DNA from: Octopus sinensis
Lineage: Eukaryota
Length of the DNA: 64,000 nucleotides
Direction: 5' to 3'
Assembly: GCF_006345805.1 (NCBI RefSeq)
Contig: NC_043024.1
Location: 19,778,001-19,842,000, forward strand
Shown here: positions 11,829-23,601 of the stretch, one piece after another
Numbering within the stretch: position 1 is the stretch's first letter
Layout: every line of letters begins with the position of its first letter
Made by a program: the position numbers and the translations under genes
The notes under the pieces: model-generated
What the model saw: only the letters and a program-made list of their open reading frames with translations
Told to the model about the DNA's origin: nothing
Databases searched by the model: none

Positions 11829-12239
11829 GGATCTTTTCGGTTTGAACGGCAGTTTTTTCTAGCGGTGTCATATGAAATTGTCACCCATAATTATGACCCT
11901 AGTATCGATCTATTGCATTTCAATCTGTTTTAGGGTTAGGGCTGGGGGGAAGGGTATATTTTTTTATTCACAAATGTAAATAAACCCAATCTGTTTCTTA
12001 AACGAGCGACATATTCATACAGCACAGAATGATTTTACCTCAATAGACATCATTGATTGGTTGAAATTGCAGAAATTGAAGAAAAAGAACAACAAATATC
12101 TTACAAACCATAGAATTTTCTCAATAAAGCCAAGAGAAAAAGATGTTTTATAAACACATTCTACCAGTATACGAAGTTTAAAAGTGCTTAGTTACGTGGA
12201 AATTATTTTAAAAAACTGCCATTCAAACCAAAATGATCC
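11829..12239. mobile_element. MITE, second copy of 4207-4643 (inverted)
   Basis: GGATCTTTTCGGTTTGAACGGCAG ... CTGCCATTCAAACCAAAATGATCC termini; internal TTAGGG repeats. Confidence 0.8.
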
Positions 12240-12520
12240 GATGCGTTTTCTTCCAAAACATTATCATCATAAAGTCATCCCAGATCCTATATCTGATGTT
12301 AAATTTGTTTTATTGCCATAAGAATATTTTTTTTCTTGAATATACGCTGCTGAAATTGGAGCGCGTTTAATATGTCCCTACGTCTCTTCTGCCTTCAAAT
12401 ATGATAGATGCGTGATACAAATATTGTCTCTTCCCATTTCACAGCCTAAGAGGCAGCGCTGAATTAACCATTAAGCGAAATAAACAGGTGCTTAGGTCAT
12501 CGAGGGAAGTGGGGCAAAAC

Positions 12521-12745
12521 CTATTTCTTTACTACCCAGAAGGGACTAAACACAGAGAGGACAAACAAGGACAAACAAACGGATTAAGTCGATTATATCG
12601 ACCCCAGTGCGTAACTGGTACTTATTTAATCGACCCCGAAAGGATGAAAAGCAAAGTCGACCTCGGCGGAATTTGAACTCAGAACGTAGCGGCTGACAAA
12701 ATACTGCTAAGCGTTTTGCCCGACGTTATAAAGATTCTGCCAGGT
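12521..12745 (-). mobile_element. SINE family B monomer with an 11-bp TSD
   Basis: TSD TGGGGCAAAAC at 12510-12520 and 12746-12756; defines the monomer 3' end as ...AAAGAAATAG. Confidence 0.85.
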
Positions 12746-13629
12746 TGGGGCAAAACAGAAATGGTAAATGCTTCACAACACACACAAAAAAAAAAAGAAA
12801 TCATTTTAAACTTGCAAAAATAGTTTAGAAGCAGATGTGTTACATAAAATTAATTTTGAGGATCTAATCAAAGAGTTGGCAATTAAAAAAAAAAGCGTGA
12901 GAGAAAAATTTTCTAATAATCATCATCATCATCGTTCGACCGTGGTCGAGACTTTCATAGTCTTTTCAAATGGCTAACAATGTGTGCGCGCGCCACTACT
13001 ACACACATTGGAAAGCATTGTACAACCAAGCACTAAAGAAGATCTTTCCTCCTCCATGAAACAAAGCTGTTCCCACTGGACGTCAACCCAGTATTTCTAA
13101 GCTACGGACCCAGTGATTTATTGTAAGGTTATCTCCCTAGATAGATTGCCTTCACTACGGCTAAGGAGCCCTTTCTACCTTTTCTAATAAGTGTGTGTGT
13201 GTGTACAGGAGTATGTGAATATGTGCGATTGTAAGTTTGTGCATCTGTATATGTGTGTGTGTGTGTGTGAGAGTAAGTGTCCCTGCATGCATATGTGTAT
13301 GTGGAGGGCTGCTTGTGTGCATTTTTGTATTTGTATGTGTGTGTGTGTGTGTGTGTGTGAACGTGTGTATGTGTGTGCATGTCTGCAGACAGTTATTGCT
13401 ATTTATTCTCAGTTCAGCCACAACCCAGGAGACATCTGACCAACGACAATCCAACCATGACAATCTCGTCTTTCTATCTAAATGTCTAAGACGCCTAATA
13501 TTTCTTATTTTATCTTCCAAAATATCAGTTTTTTTGTGGTTTGCAGTAAATTTGGCTGCTACTTCTAGCAGGCTGAATAACCACATAGAATAATCCACTT
13601 CAGAATGTTGATGCTGAAGAGGATTCCGG

Positions 13630-14178
13630 TGGAGGTGGTGATGGTGGTGGTGTCAGTAGTGATGATTACAGTGGTGATGTTTGTGATGGTGATGATGATG
13701 ATGATGATGGTGGTAGTGGTAGTGGTTCTTGTTGGTAGTGTTGGTGCTGGCAATGGTGAAGGTGGTGTCGAAGATGGTAATAATGTAGTTGTGGGGATGG
13801 TGGTTGTGTTGGTGGTAGTAATGGTGATGATGATGATGATGATAGTTATGGCGTTAATGATGGCGGTGATGGTAGTGGTAATGGTTCAGTTGGTGATGAT
13901 GGTGGTAGCGGTGGTGGTTGTAGTTCTGGTGTCGGTGATGAAGGCAGGGGTGTTGGTGGTGGTGGTGGTGGTGGTGGTGGCGGTGGTGGTTGTGGTGGTG
14001 GTGTTGGTGGTGTTGGTGATGGTGGTGTTGGTGGTGGTAGTGGTGGTGGTGGTGGTGGTGGTGATAGTGGTGGTGGTGGTAGTGGTGGTGGTGGTGGTCG
14101 TCGTCGTCGTCGTGGTGGTAGTGGTGGTGGTGGTGGTGGTAGTAGTAGTGGTGGTGGTGGTAGTGGTGGTGGTAATGG
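13630..14178. repeat. (GGT)n/(GAT)n microsatellite
   Basis: Direct inspection. Confidence 0.95.
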
Positions 14179-14239
14179 CCTGAGTAAATTTTGTTTGATG
14201 TTGTTGTTGTTGTTGTTGCTTAAACTCTAATTAAGCAAA

Positions 14240-14480
14240 CCCATGATCACCTGTGCATTTAACCGTAACGAGGGTCAGGTCACATCTTTCCACAGGGTCT
14301 TAGAATTAACGCCGCTGCACATGGTGAGATGCCAGAAACAGTTGTTAACACACATTACCATTTTGCATCCATTGGAACCAGCTTGCTTCACTTCTTCCAC
14401 GTTCTCCATAAGTCTTCTGCATTCAAAGACCACATCTAACTACCATGCAGTATCACAATTCTAACACAAGCATCGTACAA
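14240..14480 (-). mobile_element. Degenerate RTE LINE fragment
   Basis: The - strand reads CVRIVILHGS*MWSLNAEDL, resembling CVRTAMLHGS..W..TAEDM of the RTE at 62960-63030. Confidence 0.5.
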
Positions 14481-14757
14481 TCTGCCTTTCATTCTGAAAA
14501 AAAAAAACCTTGCAGCTGGCGGCACTAATGGTCCCCTGAACTCTTTCTTAATTCATTCCAAAGCTGACCCCTATATTTATGTCACTTGGGTAACAGAAAT
14601 TACTGGCTATTTCTAGTAAGCTATTTGGGTTTCTAATCCTTTAGAATTTAAACTGGCCGTATCTGGCCCTAATATTCTACCTTTTCTATAACCAGATCCA
14701 GCCTCTCTTACACCTACCCCATGATGTCATTCTAAAAGAAATATTATCATATTATCA

Positions 14758-15633
14758 TAGGTGCAGGAGTGGCTGTGTGATAAGTAGCTTGCTTACCAAT
14801 CACATGGTTCTGGTTTCGCTCCCACCACGTGCCACCTTGGGCAAGTGTCTTCTACTATAGCCTCGGGCTGACCAAAGTCTTGTGAGTGGATTTGGTAGTC
14901 GGAAACTGAAAGAAGCCCGTCGTATATATGTATATCTATATATGATCCGATGCAATTGACAACGTAGGTGAGGTAGGTACAATAAATTCAGGGTGAATAC
15001 TTGATAAGTGTAAGGACCTGTATATGCCAGCTAGTAGCAGAGGTGAGAGGATATATGTATCAATATATATATATATATATATAACATATAAAGTTAATCC
15101 AAACATGAAAACACAAAGAGAAAACACAACAATGCGAGGACGTGGAACAAATATAGTATTATTGGACGCTCAGGAAGGAAGGGAAAAAGGAGGGTTCTAC
15201 GTTTTGAGCGGAGCTCTTCGCCAGAAACATAGGAAAAGGAAAGATCCAGAGAAGGGACACGCGGTCATATATATATATGTGTGTGTGTGTGTATTTGAGT
15301 GTCTGTGTTTGTTTCTACAACATTGCTTGACAAACGATACTGGTGTGTTTACATCCTCGTAACCGAGCAGTTTGGCAAAAGAGACCGATAGAATAAGTAC
15401 TAGGCTTACAAAGAATAAGTCTTGGGGTTGATTTGCTTGACTAAAGGTCTCAAATTTAGGTTAAATCAGTGTTTCTCAAAGGGGAGGCCTATGGGATGGT
15501 CGGACAAGTTGTTTTGAGAAAATTTGGTTTAAATGTTTGACAACTCAGCACCGTCCATTGGACGGGGGGGGGGGGCGTTTTGCTCCAGCATGGCCGCAGT
15601 CAAATGACTGAAACAAGTCTAAGAGTAAAAGAG
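14758..15633 (+). mobile_element. SINE family A interrupted by two insertions (14944-15266 and ~15448-15580)
   Basis: 5' half, (TA)n, foreign insert, 3' half, second insert, then tail. Confidence 0.8.
14944..15266 (-). mobile_element. Probable Penelope-like pLTR remnant with a degenerate HHR (15194-15228, - strand)
   Basis: The - strand reads CUGGCGA-A-GAGC-UCC-GCUC-AAAAC-GU-A: minimal HHR layout with two core substitutions (A6G, G12A). Confidence 0.5.
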
Positions 15634-15844
15634 TACCATTTTACACCAGACGTGTATAGCCACATCATAACAGTATCACCCAAAATACCTCACAATATTT
15701 GTTCATGAAAGATTCGTTTATATTGATCAAATGTATGTGTTGTACATTAGCTCCACTCTCTCCATCAAATTGATGTTTGAACAGGTGTACAATGAACCAC
15801 ACGTCAGGTGTCAAAGTGATCGCAGAGCAACGTGAGATGTAATG

Positions 15845-16272
15845 TTCTTACTCTTTACTCTCTTTACTCTTTTACTTGTTTCAGTCATTTGACTGCAGCC
15901 ATGCTGGAGCACTGCCTTTAGTCGAGCAAATCGACCCCAGGACTTATTCTTTGTAAGCCCAGTACTTATTCTGTCGGTCTCTTTTGCCGAACCGCTAACT
16001 TACAGAGACTTAAACACACCAGCATTGGTTGTCATGCAATGCTAGGGGGACAAACACAGACACACAAACATACATGCACATACATATATATATATATATA
16101 TACATATATACCACGGGCTTCTTTCAGTTTCCATCTACCAAATCCACTCACAAGGCATTGGTCTGCCCAGGGCTATAGCAGAAGACACTTGCCCAAGATG
16201 CCACACAGTGGGACTGAACCCGGAACCATGCGGTTGGTAAGCAAGCTACTTACCACACAGCCACTCCTGCGT
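15845..16272 (-). mobile_element. SINE family A
   Basis: Colinear with the family consensus. Confidence 0.85.
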
Positions 16273-16734
16273 TCTGTTGAAGAATACAACATACCACCTG
16301 GTACTGGGATTGAAACCACAATCTCATGACCATGAAGGCAACACCCTAACAGGTGCCTTCTACCTACTCTACACAAACATACACAAACACACACATATGC
16401 ATACCAAATTTCTTGTCTTTGGATGAAACATTACCACCAACAACAACAAGAACAATATATATTTTTGTTAATTCCAAATTGGAAATGGTGCCCGACAGGT
16501 AGAGCCATAGAGCAGAGTTCAAACCCTGCTGAAGTCAGTTCTGAATTTTATTTTTTCAGGGTTGAGAAAATGTAGTACCAGTAATATTCTCATGTCAATT
16601 TACTTAACTGTTTTCATTTCCCAAAATTTAAGCCATGTTATTTTTAAACTCTTTACATTCTGAGTTCAAATTCTGCCAAAGTTAGTGTTGCATTTTGTCA
16701 TTTCGGGTTTGAGAAAGTAAATTATCTGTAATAT

Positions 16735-16941
16735 ACTGTCAGAGGGCCCTGGTTGATCTGGGCGAGGTGATGTGGACTTCTTCCCCTCTCTAGTGAATTG
16801 CACAATCACTCTATTAACTGTAGAAAGCAGGATCCCAAGGTCTTCTGTGATTTTACACTGACTATATCCACATTCAGAACGACCCACAATATGGCCTCTT
16901 TGAAATTCAGAGAGTTCCAAGGCTTCTTTTGTACATGGCAT
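16735..16941 (-). pseudogene. Tc1/mariner-type transposase N-terminal HTH fragment
   Basis: ELSEFQRGHIVG...GYSQCKITEDLGILLSTVNRVIVQFTREGK...PRPDQPG matches the Tc1-like paired/HTH region; truncated. Confidence 0.7.
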
Positions 16942-17620
16942 GATTAAATGGTCACATATAGAACCTGAAACATAAAAATGTCAATTAATAAAAGATATAA
17001 ACTTTTACAACTTGGAATAAACATAAAACAAGGTTTTATGGGTTGTCTATTTACTTCTGTCATGTCTGTGTACAACGAGAGAGAGAGAGAGGTGGGAGAG
17101 ATAGTGAGAGAGATAGAGACATAGAGAAAGAAGGGGTCTGGCGTCTCCCTTGATTTTTCTCCGTAACCCTCTTTCACTGTCTCTCATTTGTTTTTTTTTT
17201 CTTTAGAGAGAAAAAGAGGTAGAGGTAGTGAGAGAGACAAACACATACAACCAGAGAGAGAGAGAGAGAGTGAAAGAGATAGTGAAAGAGAGATAGAGTC
17301 ATAGAGAGGGACAGGTAGAGAGGGAGAAAGCAGAGACCTGGTGGCAACTTCAAAGAAATAAATGGAATGCGTAATCTTAGAGGAAGTTGGAGATGGATTG
17401 AGTGGTGGGTAGAGTATGTTTTTCTCTCTGTAAAAAGCATCACAGAGAAATAGAGAGTGTGTGGATTGCCAGGAATAGGAGCCAACACAGCACCAACTCA
17501 CCCCACCTGTCACCATTCCCATTTTCAGAAAATAATTGCACAGTTATCTGCGGAATGTTCAAAGGAATTTGAATGACATGAAAAACCTGACCTGAAATAT
17601 AATCAATTTTCTTTAGTGTT

Positions 17621-18895
17621 TTATCTATCTATCTATCTATCCGCTCAGTCGAAGTCGACTCTCGGTCACTCATTGGATCAGTATCCTCCAGTCAGTTCTA
17701 TCCTGGGTCACTTCTTTCAGATTGGCTATGTCCATTCCAGTATCACTCTTGATGGTGTCAAGCCAGCGGGTTCTTGGTCGGCCTCTTCCTCTCTTGCCAC
17801 TGACCATTCCATATATATATATATCTCTATCCGCTCAGTCGAAGTCGACTCTCGGTCACTCGTTGGATCAGTGTCTTCCAGTCAGTTCTATCCTGGGCCG
17901 CTTCTTTCAGATTGGCCATGTCCATTCCGGTATCACTCTTGATGGTGTCAAGCCAGTGGGTTCTTGGTCGGCCTCTTCCTCTCTTGCCACTGACCATTCC
18001 GAGCATGATGTCCTTCTCCAAGGATTTTCTCCGCATAATATGACTGAAATATGCCAATCTATGCTTGGTGATCCTAGCTTCTAGCGACAGTTTCAGCTTG
18101 ATCTGGTTAAGAACTTCTCCATTGGTCGGCCTCTTCCTCTCTTGCCACTGACCATTCCGAGCATGATGTCCTTCTCCAAGGATTTTCTCCACATAATATG
18201 ACCAAAATATGCCAATCTATGCTTGGTGATCCTAGCTTCTAGCGACATTTTCACCCTGATCTGCTTAAGAACTTCTCCATTGGTCGGCCTCTTCCTCTCT
18301 TGCCACTGACCATTCCGAGCATGATGTCCTTCTCCAAGGATTTTCTCCGCATAATATGACTGAAATATGCCAATCTATGCTTGGTGATCCTAGCTTCTAG
18401 CGACATTTTCGGCCTGATCTGGTTAAGAACTTCTCCATTGGTCGGCCTCTTCCTCTCTTGCCACTGACCATTCCGAGCATGATGTCCTTCTCCAAGGATT
18501 TTCTCCGCATAATATGACTGAAATATGCCAATCTATGCTTGGTGATCCTAGCTTCTAGCGACATTTTCAGCCTGATCTGCTTAAGAACTTCTCCATTGGT
18601 CGGCCTCTTCCTCTCTTGCCACTGACCATTCCGAGCATGATGTCCTTTTCCAAGGATTTTCTCCGCATAATATGACTGAAATATGCCAATCTATGCTTGG
18701 TGATCCTAGCTTCTAGCGACATTTTCGGCCTGATCTGGTTAAGAACTTCTCCATTGGTGAGCCTCGCTGTCCATGGAATCCATAAAAGTCTTCTCCAACA
18801 CCAAAGGATAGAGATAAATCCAAAATTTGGGAATGAAGTTGATAAAATCCAGGCTACATATTTTTCATATCTAGCAGAACCTTGGAAGCAGTAAT
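17621..18895 (-). mobile_element. RTE (BovB-like) LINE 3' end with five internal 158-bp tandem units and a duplicated 190-bp terminus
   Basis: WCWRRLLWIPWTARLTN..LEARITKHRLAYFSHIMRR..LEKDIMLG.VSGKRGRGRP..WLDTI motif; (ATAG)n tail near 17621-17640. Confidence 0.9.
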
Positions 18896-19132
18896 TAACC
18901 AAATGAGGGATACCCTGCTAGCTACTCAGCAGACCAAAAGATACCTTAGTCAAATGAAAGTTACATTGTCGTCAAGGGACCCAATGTTAACTCACAGGAG
19001 ATTTGATCAAAGATGTGAGGAAAGCACAGAGGGAGAAAACAAAAATCCCTAATTTTGGATCTTTATTCCCATACATAACAACCTTGTTGCTATCCGGGCA
19101 AACTTCGATATGGGGAAAACTTATAACATTCA

Positions 19133-19624
19133 GCCAGCTGGAGGAGATGTTCTCCTGGGGCTACAAGCTACAGTAACACCCACTCTTAGTGGTTAGCCAC
19201 ATATAGATGGCAAATATACCTCACATTGTCGTGCAGTTACTGTTTATACCTCATTCAGAGATTTATTATTGCTTGTATACACTTTTTCAAGATCAGTGAC
19301 GAAAAGTTACTGGAAAAAGGATATTAATATTTGCATTGGGACATCCCTTCATCGAAAACCGGTGATTGTCGTGCGCTGATGACGGGTCAAGACCCAAAAA
19401 CTGCAGTCCATGTGTATCACTTAGGTTGACGAGGGAAGGATGACCTCCCTTTGCAAATACCGATAGGACACAGAAAGTGTGCCTAAAGCCAGCTGGAGAT
19501 GATGATCTCCTGGGGCTACAAGCTATAGTAACATCCCCCCTTAGTGGTTAGCCATATTGAGATGGCAAATATACCTCACATTATCGTGCAGTTACTGTTC
19601 ATACGTCATTCAGAGATTTGTTAT
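19133..19624 (+). mobile_element. Retrozyme-like non-coding element, copy 2 (137-bp direct repeats, 355-bp period, HHR motif, 12-bp TSD)
   Basis: Repeats at 19133-19269 and 19488-19624; TSD TTATAACATTCA at 19121-19132 and 19625-19636; empty site retained near 20385-20415. Confidence 0.8.
19362..19420 (+). ncRNA. Minimal type I hammerhead ribozyme motif (G12 mutated to A)
   Basis: CUGAUGA at 19376-19382, stem II GGGUC-AA-GACCC, palindromic stem III ACUGCAGU, GUC at 19406-19408, distal stem I GUGAU/AUCAC. Confidence 0.7.
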
Positions 19625-19927
19625 TTATAACATTCAATGCCATTAAACTGCTATCATTTCTGAAAGTTGCTTTTTATAGCTTCTATGGACTTCACAAGTC
19701 TTACCAACTTCCTACACTTTGATCCTGGGATCTTACACTTACATATTATTATACACACACACACACACACACAGCTTCTTTCAGATCTCCTCTAGCAAAT
19801 CCACTCATATGGTTTTTGTCAGCCCAGGGCTAACAAAAATGATATTTGCCCAAGATGCAAGACAGAGAGACTGAACATGGAACCATGCGTTTGGGAAGGA
19901 AACTTCTTACCACACAGCCACACCTAT

Positions 19928-19960
<33 letters not shown>

Positions 19961-20754
19961 CATACACACACTCTCTTTACTCTTTTACTTGTTTCAGTCA
20001 TTTGACTGCGGCCATGCTGGGGCACCGCCTTTAGTTGAGCAATTCGACCCCCAGGACTTATTCTTTGTAAGCCCACTACTTATTCTATCAGTCTCTTTTG
20101 CCGAACCGCTAAGTGATGGGGATGTAAACACACCAGCATCGGTTGTCAAGCAATGCTAGGGGGACAAACACAGACACACAAACACATACACACACACACA
20201 CTTATATATATATACATATATACGATGGGCTTCTTTCAGTTTCCGTCCACCAAATCCACTCACAAGGCATTGGTCGGCCCAGGGCTATAGCAGAAGACAC
20301 TTGCCCAAGATGCCCCACAGTGGGACTGAACCCAGAACCATGTGGTTGGTTAGCAAGCTACTTACCACACAGCCACTCCTGCGCCTATGGGAAAAACTTA
20401 TAACATTCAATGCCAATAAACTGCTATCATTTCTGAAAGCTGCTTTTTATAGCTTCTATGGACTTCCCAAGTCTTACTAACTTCCTACACTTTGATCCTA
20501 GGATCTTACACTTACATATTATACACACACACACACACACACATATGCACACGCACGCACACACACACACACACACGCACACACATACACACACACAGAG
20601 CTTCTTTCAGATCTCCTCTAGCAAATCCACTCACAAGATTTTTTGTCAGCCCAGGGCTAATAAAAATGACATTTGCCCAAGGTGCAACACAGAGAGACTG
20701 AACCTGGAACCATGTGCTTGGGAAGCAAGCTTCTTACCACACAGCCACACCTAC

Positions 20755-20788
<34 letters not shown>

Positions 20789-21203
20789 CTTTACTCTTTT
20801 ACTCTCTTTTACTTGTTTCAGTCATTTGACTGCGGCCATGCTGGGGCACCATCTTTAATCAAGCAAATCGACCCCAGGACTTATTCTTTGTAAGCCCAGT
20901 ACTTATTCTATCGGTCTCTTTTGCCAAACCGCTAAGTTACGGGGACGTAAACACACCAGCATCGGTTGTCAAGCGATGCTAGGGGGACAAACACAGACAC
21001 ACAAACATACACACACACATATATATATATATATACATATATACGACGGGCTTCTTTCAGTTTCCGTCTACCAAATCCACCCACAAGGCTTTGGTCAGCC
21101 CAAGTCTATAGTAGAAGACACTTGCCCAAGGTGCCACGCAGTGGGACTGAACCCGGAACCATATGGTTAGTAAGCAAGCTACTTACCACATAGCCACTCC
21201 TGA
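19625..21203. repeat. Local tandem duplication (~775-800 bp units), each unit containing a SINE A half and a full - strand SINE A
   Basis: TATAACATTCAATGCC...CACACAC...SINE repeated at ~19627 and ~20400. Confidence 0.85.
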
Positions 21204-21647
21204 ACCTTATATATATATATATAATCTATTGTTTCGCCACTAAATCTAGAATTTCTCAGCTATCAATAGCCTTTGCTTGTCATAATCAGTCAAGTGTATC
21301 TGGCTTTATTGGAGGGGAAAAAAAACCCATATAATTCTTACATTTCCCATTAGTTTATTTTAAGAATATATATTCATAGATCTAATTCATTCTCTCTCTC
21401 TCTCTCATGTTTCTGTACCGTTCGTGAATTCCAATGCATATGTAGCTCTGTGTGTGTGTGTGTTTGTTCATGTCGTGTAGGTGTTTACGTATAAGTGAGA
21501 GACTGTGTTCTACTTTCTGCTGATTGAGCGATTTAATGTCTGCTGTTTTGCACTTCTTTATATGTGAATCTGAACGTCGGTGCCTATAAAATAGACATTC
21601 AGATGTCAGTGCAGATATGGCTGTGTGGTAAGAGATTTGCTTCTTAA

Positions 21648-22660
21648 GGTGGCGAGCTGGCGGAAACGTTAGCATGCCGGGGGAAATGCTTAGCAGTATT
21701 TCATCTGACGTTATGTTGTGAGTTCAAATTCCACTGAGGTCGACTTTGCCTTTCATCCTTTCGGGGTCGATAAATTACGTACCAGTTACGCACTGGGGTC
21801 GATGTAATCGACTTAATACCTATGTCTGTCCTTGTTTGTCCCCTCTGTGTTTAGCCCCTTGTGAGTAATAAAGAAATAAGTATTTTGTCTGCCGCTATGC
21901 TCTGAGTTCAAATTCCTTCGAGGTCGACTAAGGCAGCGAGCTGGGGGAAACATTAGCACGCCGGGAGAAATGCTTAGTGGTATTTCATCTGCCACTACGT
22001 TCTGAGTTCAAATTCCGCTGAGGTCGACTTAGGCGGCGAGCTGGGAGAAACATTAGCATGCCGGGCAAAATGCTTAGTGGTATTTCGTCTGCTGTTATGT
22101 TCTGAGTTCAAATTCTGCTGAGGTCAACTCAGGTGTCGAGCTGGGAGAAACGTTAGCATGCCGGGTGAAATGCCTAATGGTATTTCATCTGTCATTACGT
22201 TGTGAGTTCAAATTCCGCCGAAGTCGACTTTGCCTTTCATCCTTTCGGGTTCGCTAAATTAAGTACCAGTTACGCACTGGGGTCGATGTAATCGACTTAA
22301 TCCGTTTGTCTGTCCTTGTTTGTCCCTTCTGTGTTTAGCCCCTTGTGGGTAATAAAGAAATAAGTATTTCGTCTGCCGCAACATTCTGAGTTCAAATTCC
22401 GCCGAGGTCGACTAAGGCGGTGAGGTGGCAGAATCGTTAGCACGCCGGGCGAAAAGCTTAGCGGTATTTCATCTGCCGCAACGTTCTGAGTTCAAATTCT
22501 GCTGAGGTCGCCTTTACCTTTCATCCTTTTGGGGTCAATTAAATAAAAACCAGTTACATACTGTGGTCGATGTAATCGACTTAATCCGTTTGTCTGTCCT
22601 TGTTTGTCCCCTGTGTTTAGCCCCTTATGGGCAGTAAAGAAATAGGTATTTCGTCTGTCT
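21648..22660 (+). mobile_element. SINE family B multimer including three 100-bp head repeats (21931, 22031, 22131)
   Basis: Direct inspection of the repeated modules. Confidence 0.85.
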
Positions 22661-23009
22661 TTATATAAAATAAAGAAACGAGAAGTTTACTTCCCAACCA
22701 TATGGTCATGAGTTCAGTCCCACTGCTTGGCACCTTGGGCAGGTGTTCTCTACTACAGCCTTGGACAGATCAAAGCCTTGTAAGTGGATTTAGTTAACAG
22801 ACCCTGAAAGAAGCCCATTGTGTGTGTGTGTGTCTTTTACTTGTTACAGTATATTAAGTTGTGGCCATGCTGGGGCACTGCCCTGAAGAATTTTACTTGA
22901 ATGAATCAACCCTAGTACTTGCTTTATTTCTAAGCCTGGTACTTGTTCTATCAGTATCTTCTGCCAAACTGCTAAGTTTTGGGGGACAAAAATGCAACAA
23001 AATTGAAGA

Positions 23010-23425
23010 TGGCAAGCTGGCAGAATCATTAGCACACCGGGCGAAATGCTTAGCAGTATTTCATCTGCCGTTACGCTCAGAGTTCAAATTCCGCCACGGT
23101 CAACTTTGACTTTCATCCATTCGGGATTGATTAAATAAGTACCAGTTACGTACTGTGGTCGATATAATCAACTTAATCCGTTTGTCTGTCCTTGTTTGTC
23201 CTCTCTGTGTTTAGCCCCTTGTAGGCAGTAAAGAAATAGGTATTTTGTCTGCCATTATGTTTAGAGTTCAAATTCTGCCGAGGCCGACTTTGCCTTTCAT
23301 CCTTTTGAGTTGATAAACTAAGTACCAGTTATGCACTGGAGGTCGATGTAATCAACTTAATCCATTTGTCTGTACTTGTTTGTCCCCTCTGTGTTTAGCC
23401 CCTTGAGGGTAGTAAAGAAATAAGA
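23010..23425 (+). mobile_element. SINE family B dimer
   Basis: Junction AAAGAAATAG|GTATTTTGTCTGCC near 23231-23250. Confidence 0.8.
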
Positions 23426-23601
23426 TATATGGGAAATATGTGAAACAGGGATGTAATTTAGAAAAAGGTTAAGATCAGTTCAAATATGTTTAGGAGTTAT
23501 TTTATGGTTATAGGATATTTTGCCATAAACATTTCCACTGGCTGGATCTGGCTAGTTTTTACATAAAGCAGGTAGAATATTTAGACCTGTTATGGCAGGT
23601 T

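Noticed and set aside
13161-13598. ORF loosely resembling a LINE C-terminus ([23 protein letters not shown])
   Set aside because: The DNA matches a non-coding dispersed repeat (CCTGCTAGAA.TAGCAGCCAAAT) also seen near 4680, 25160 and 30840.
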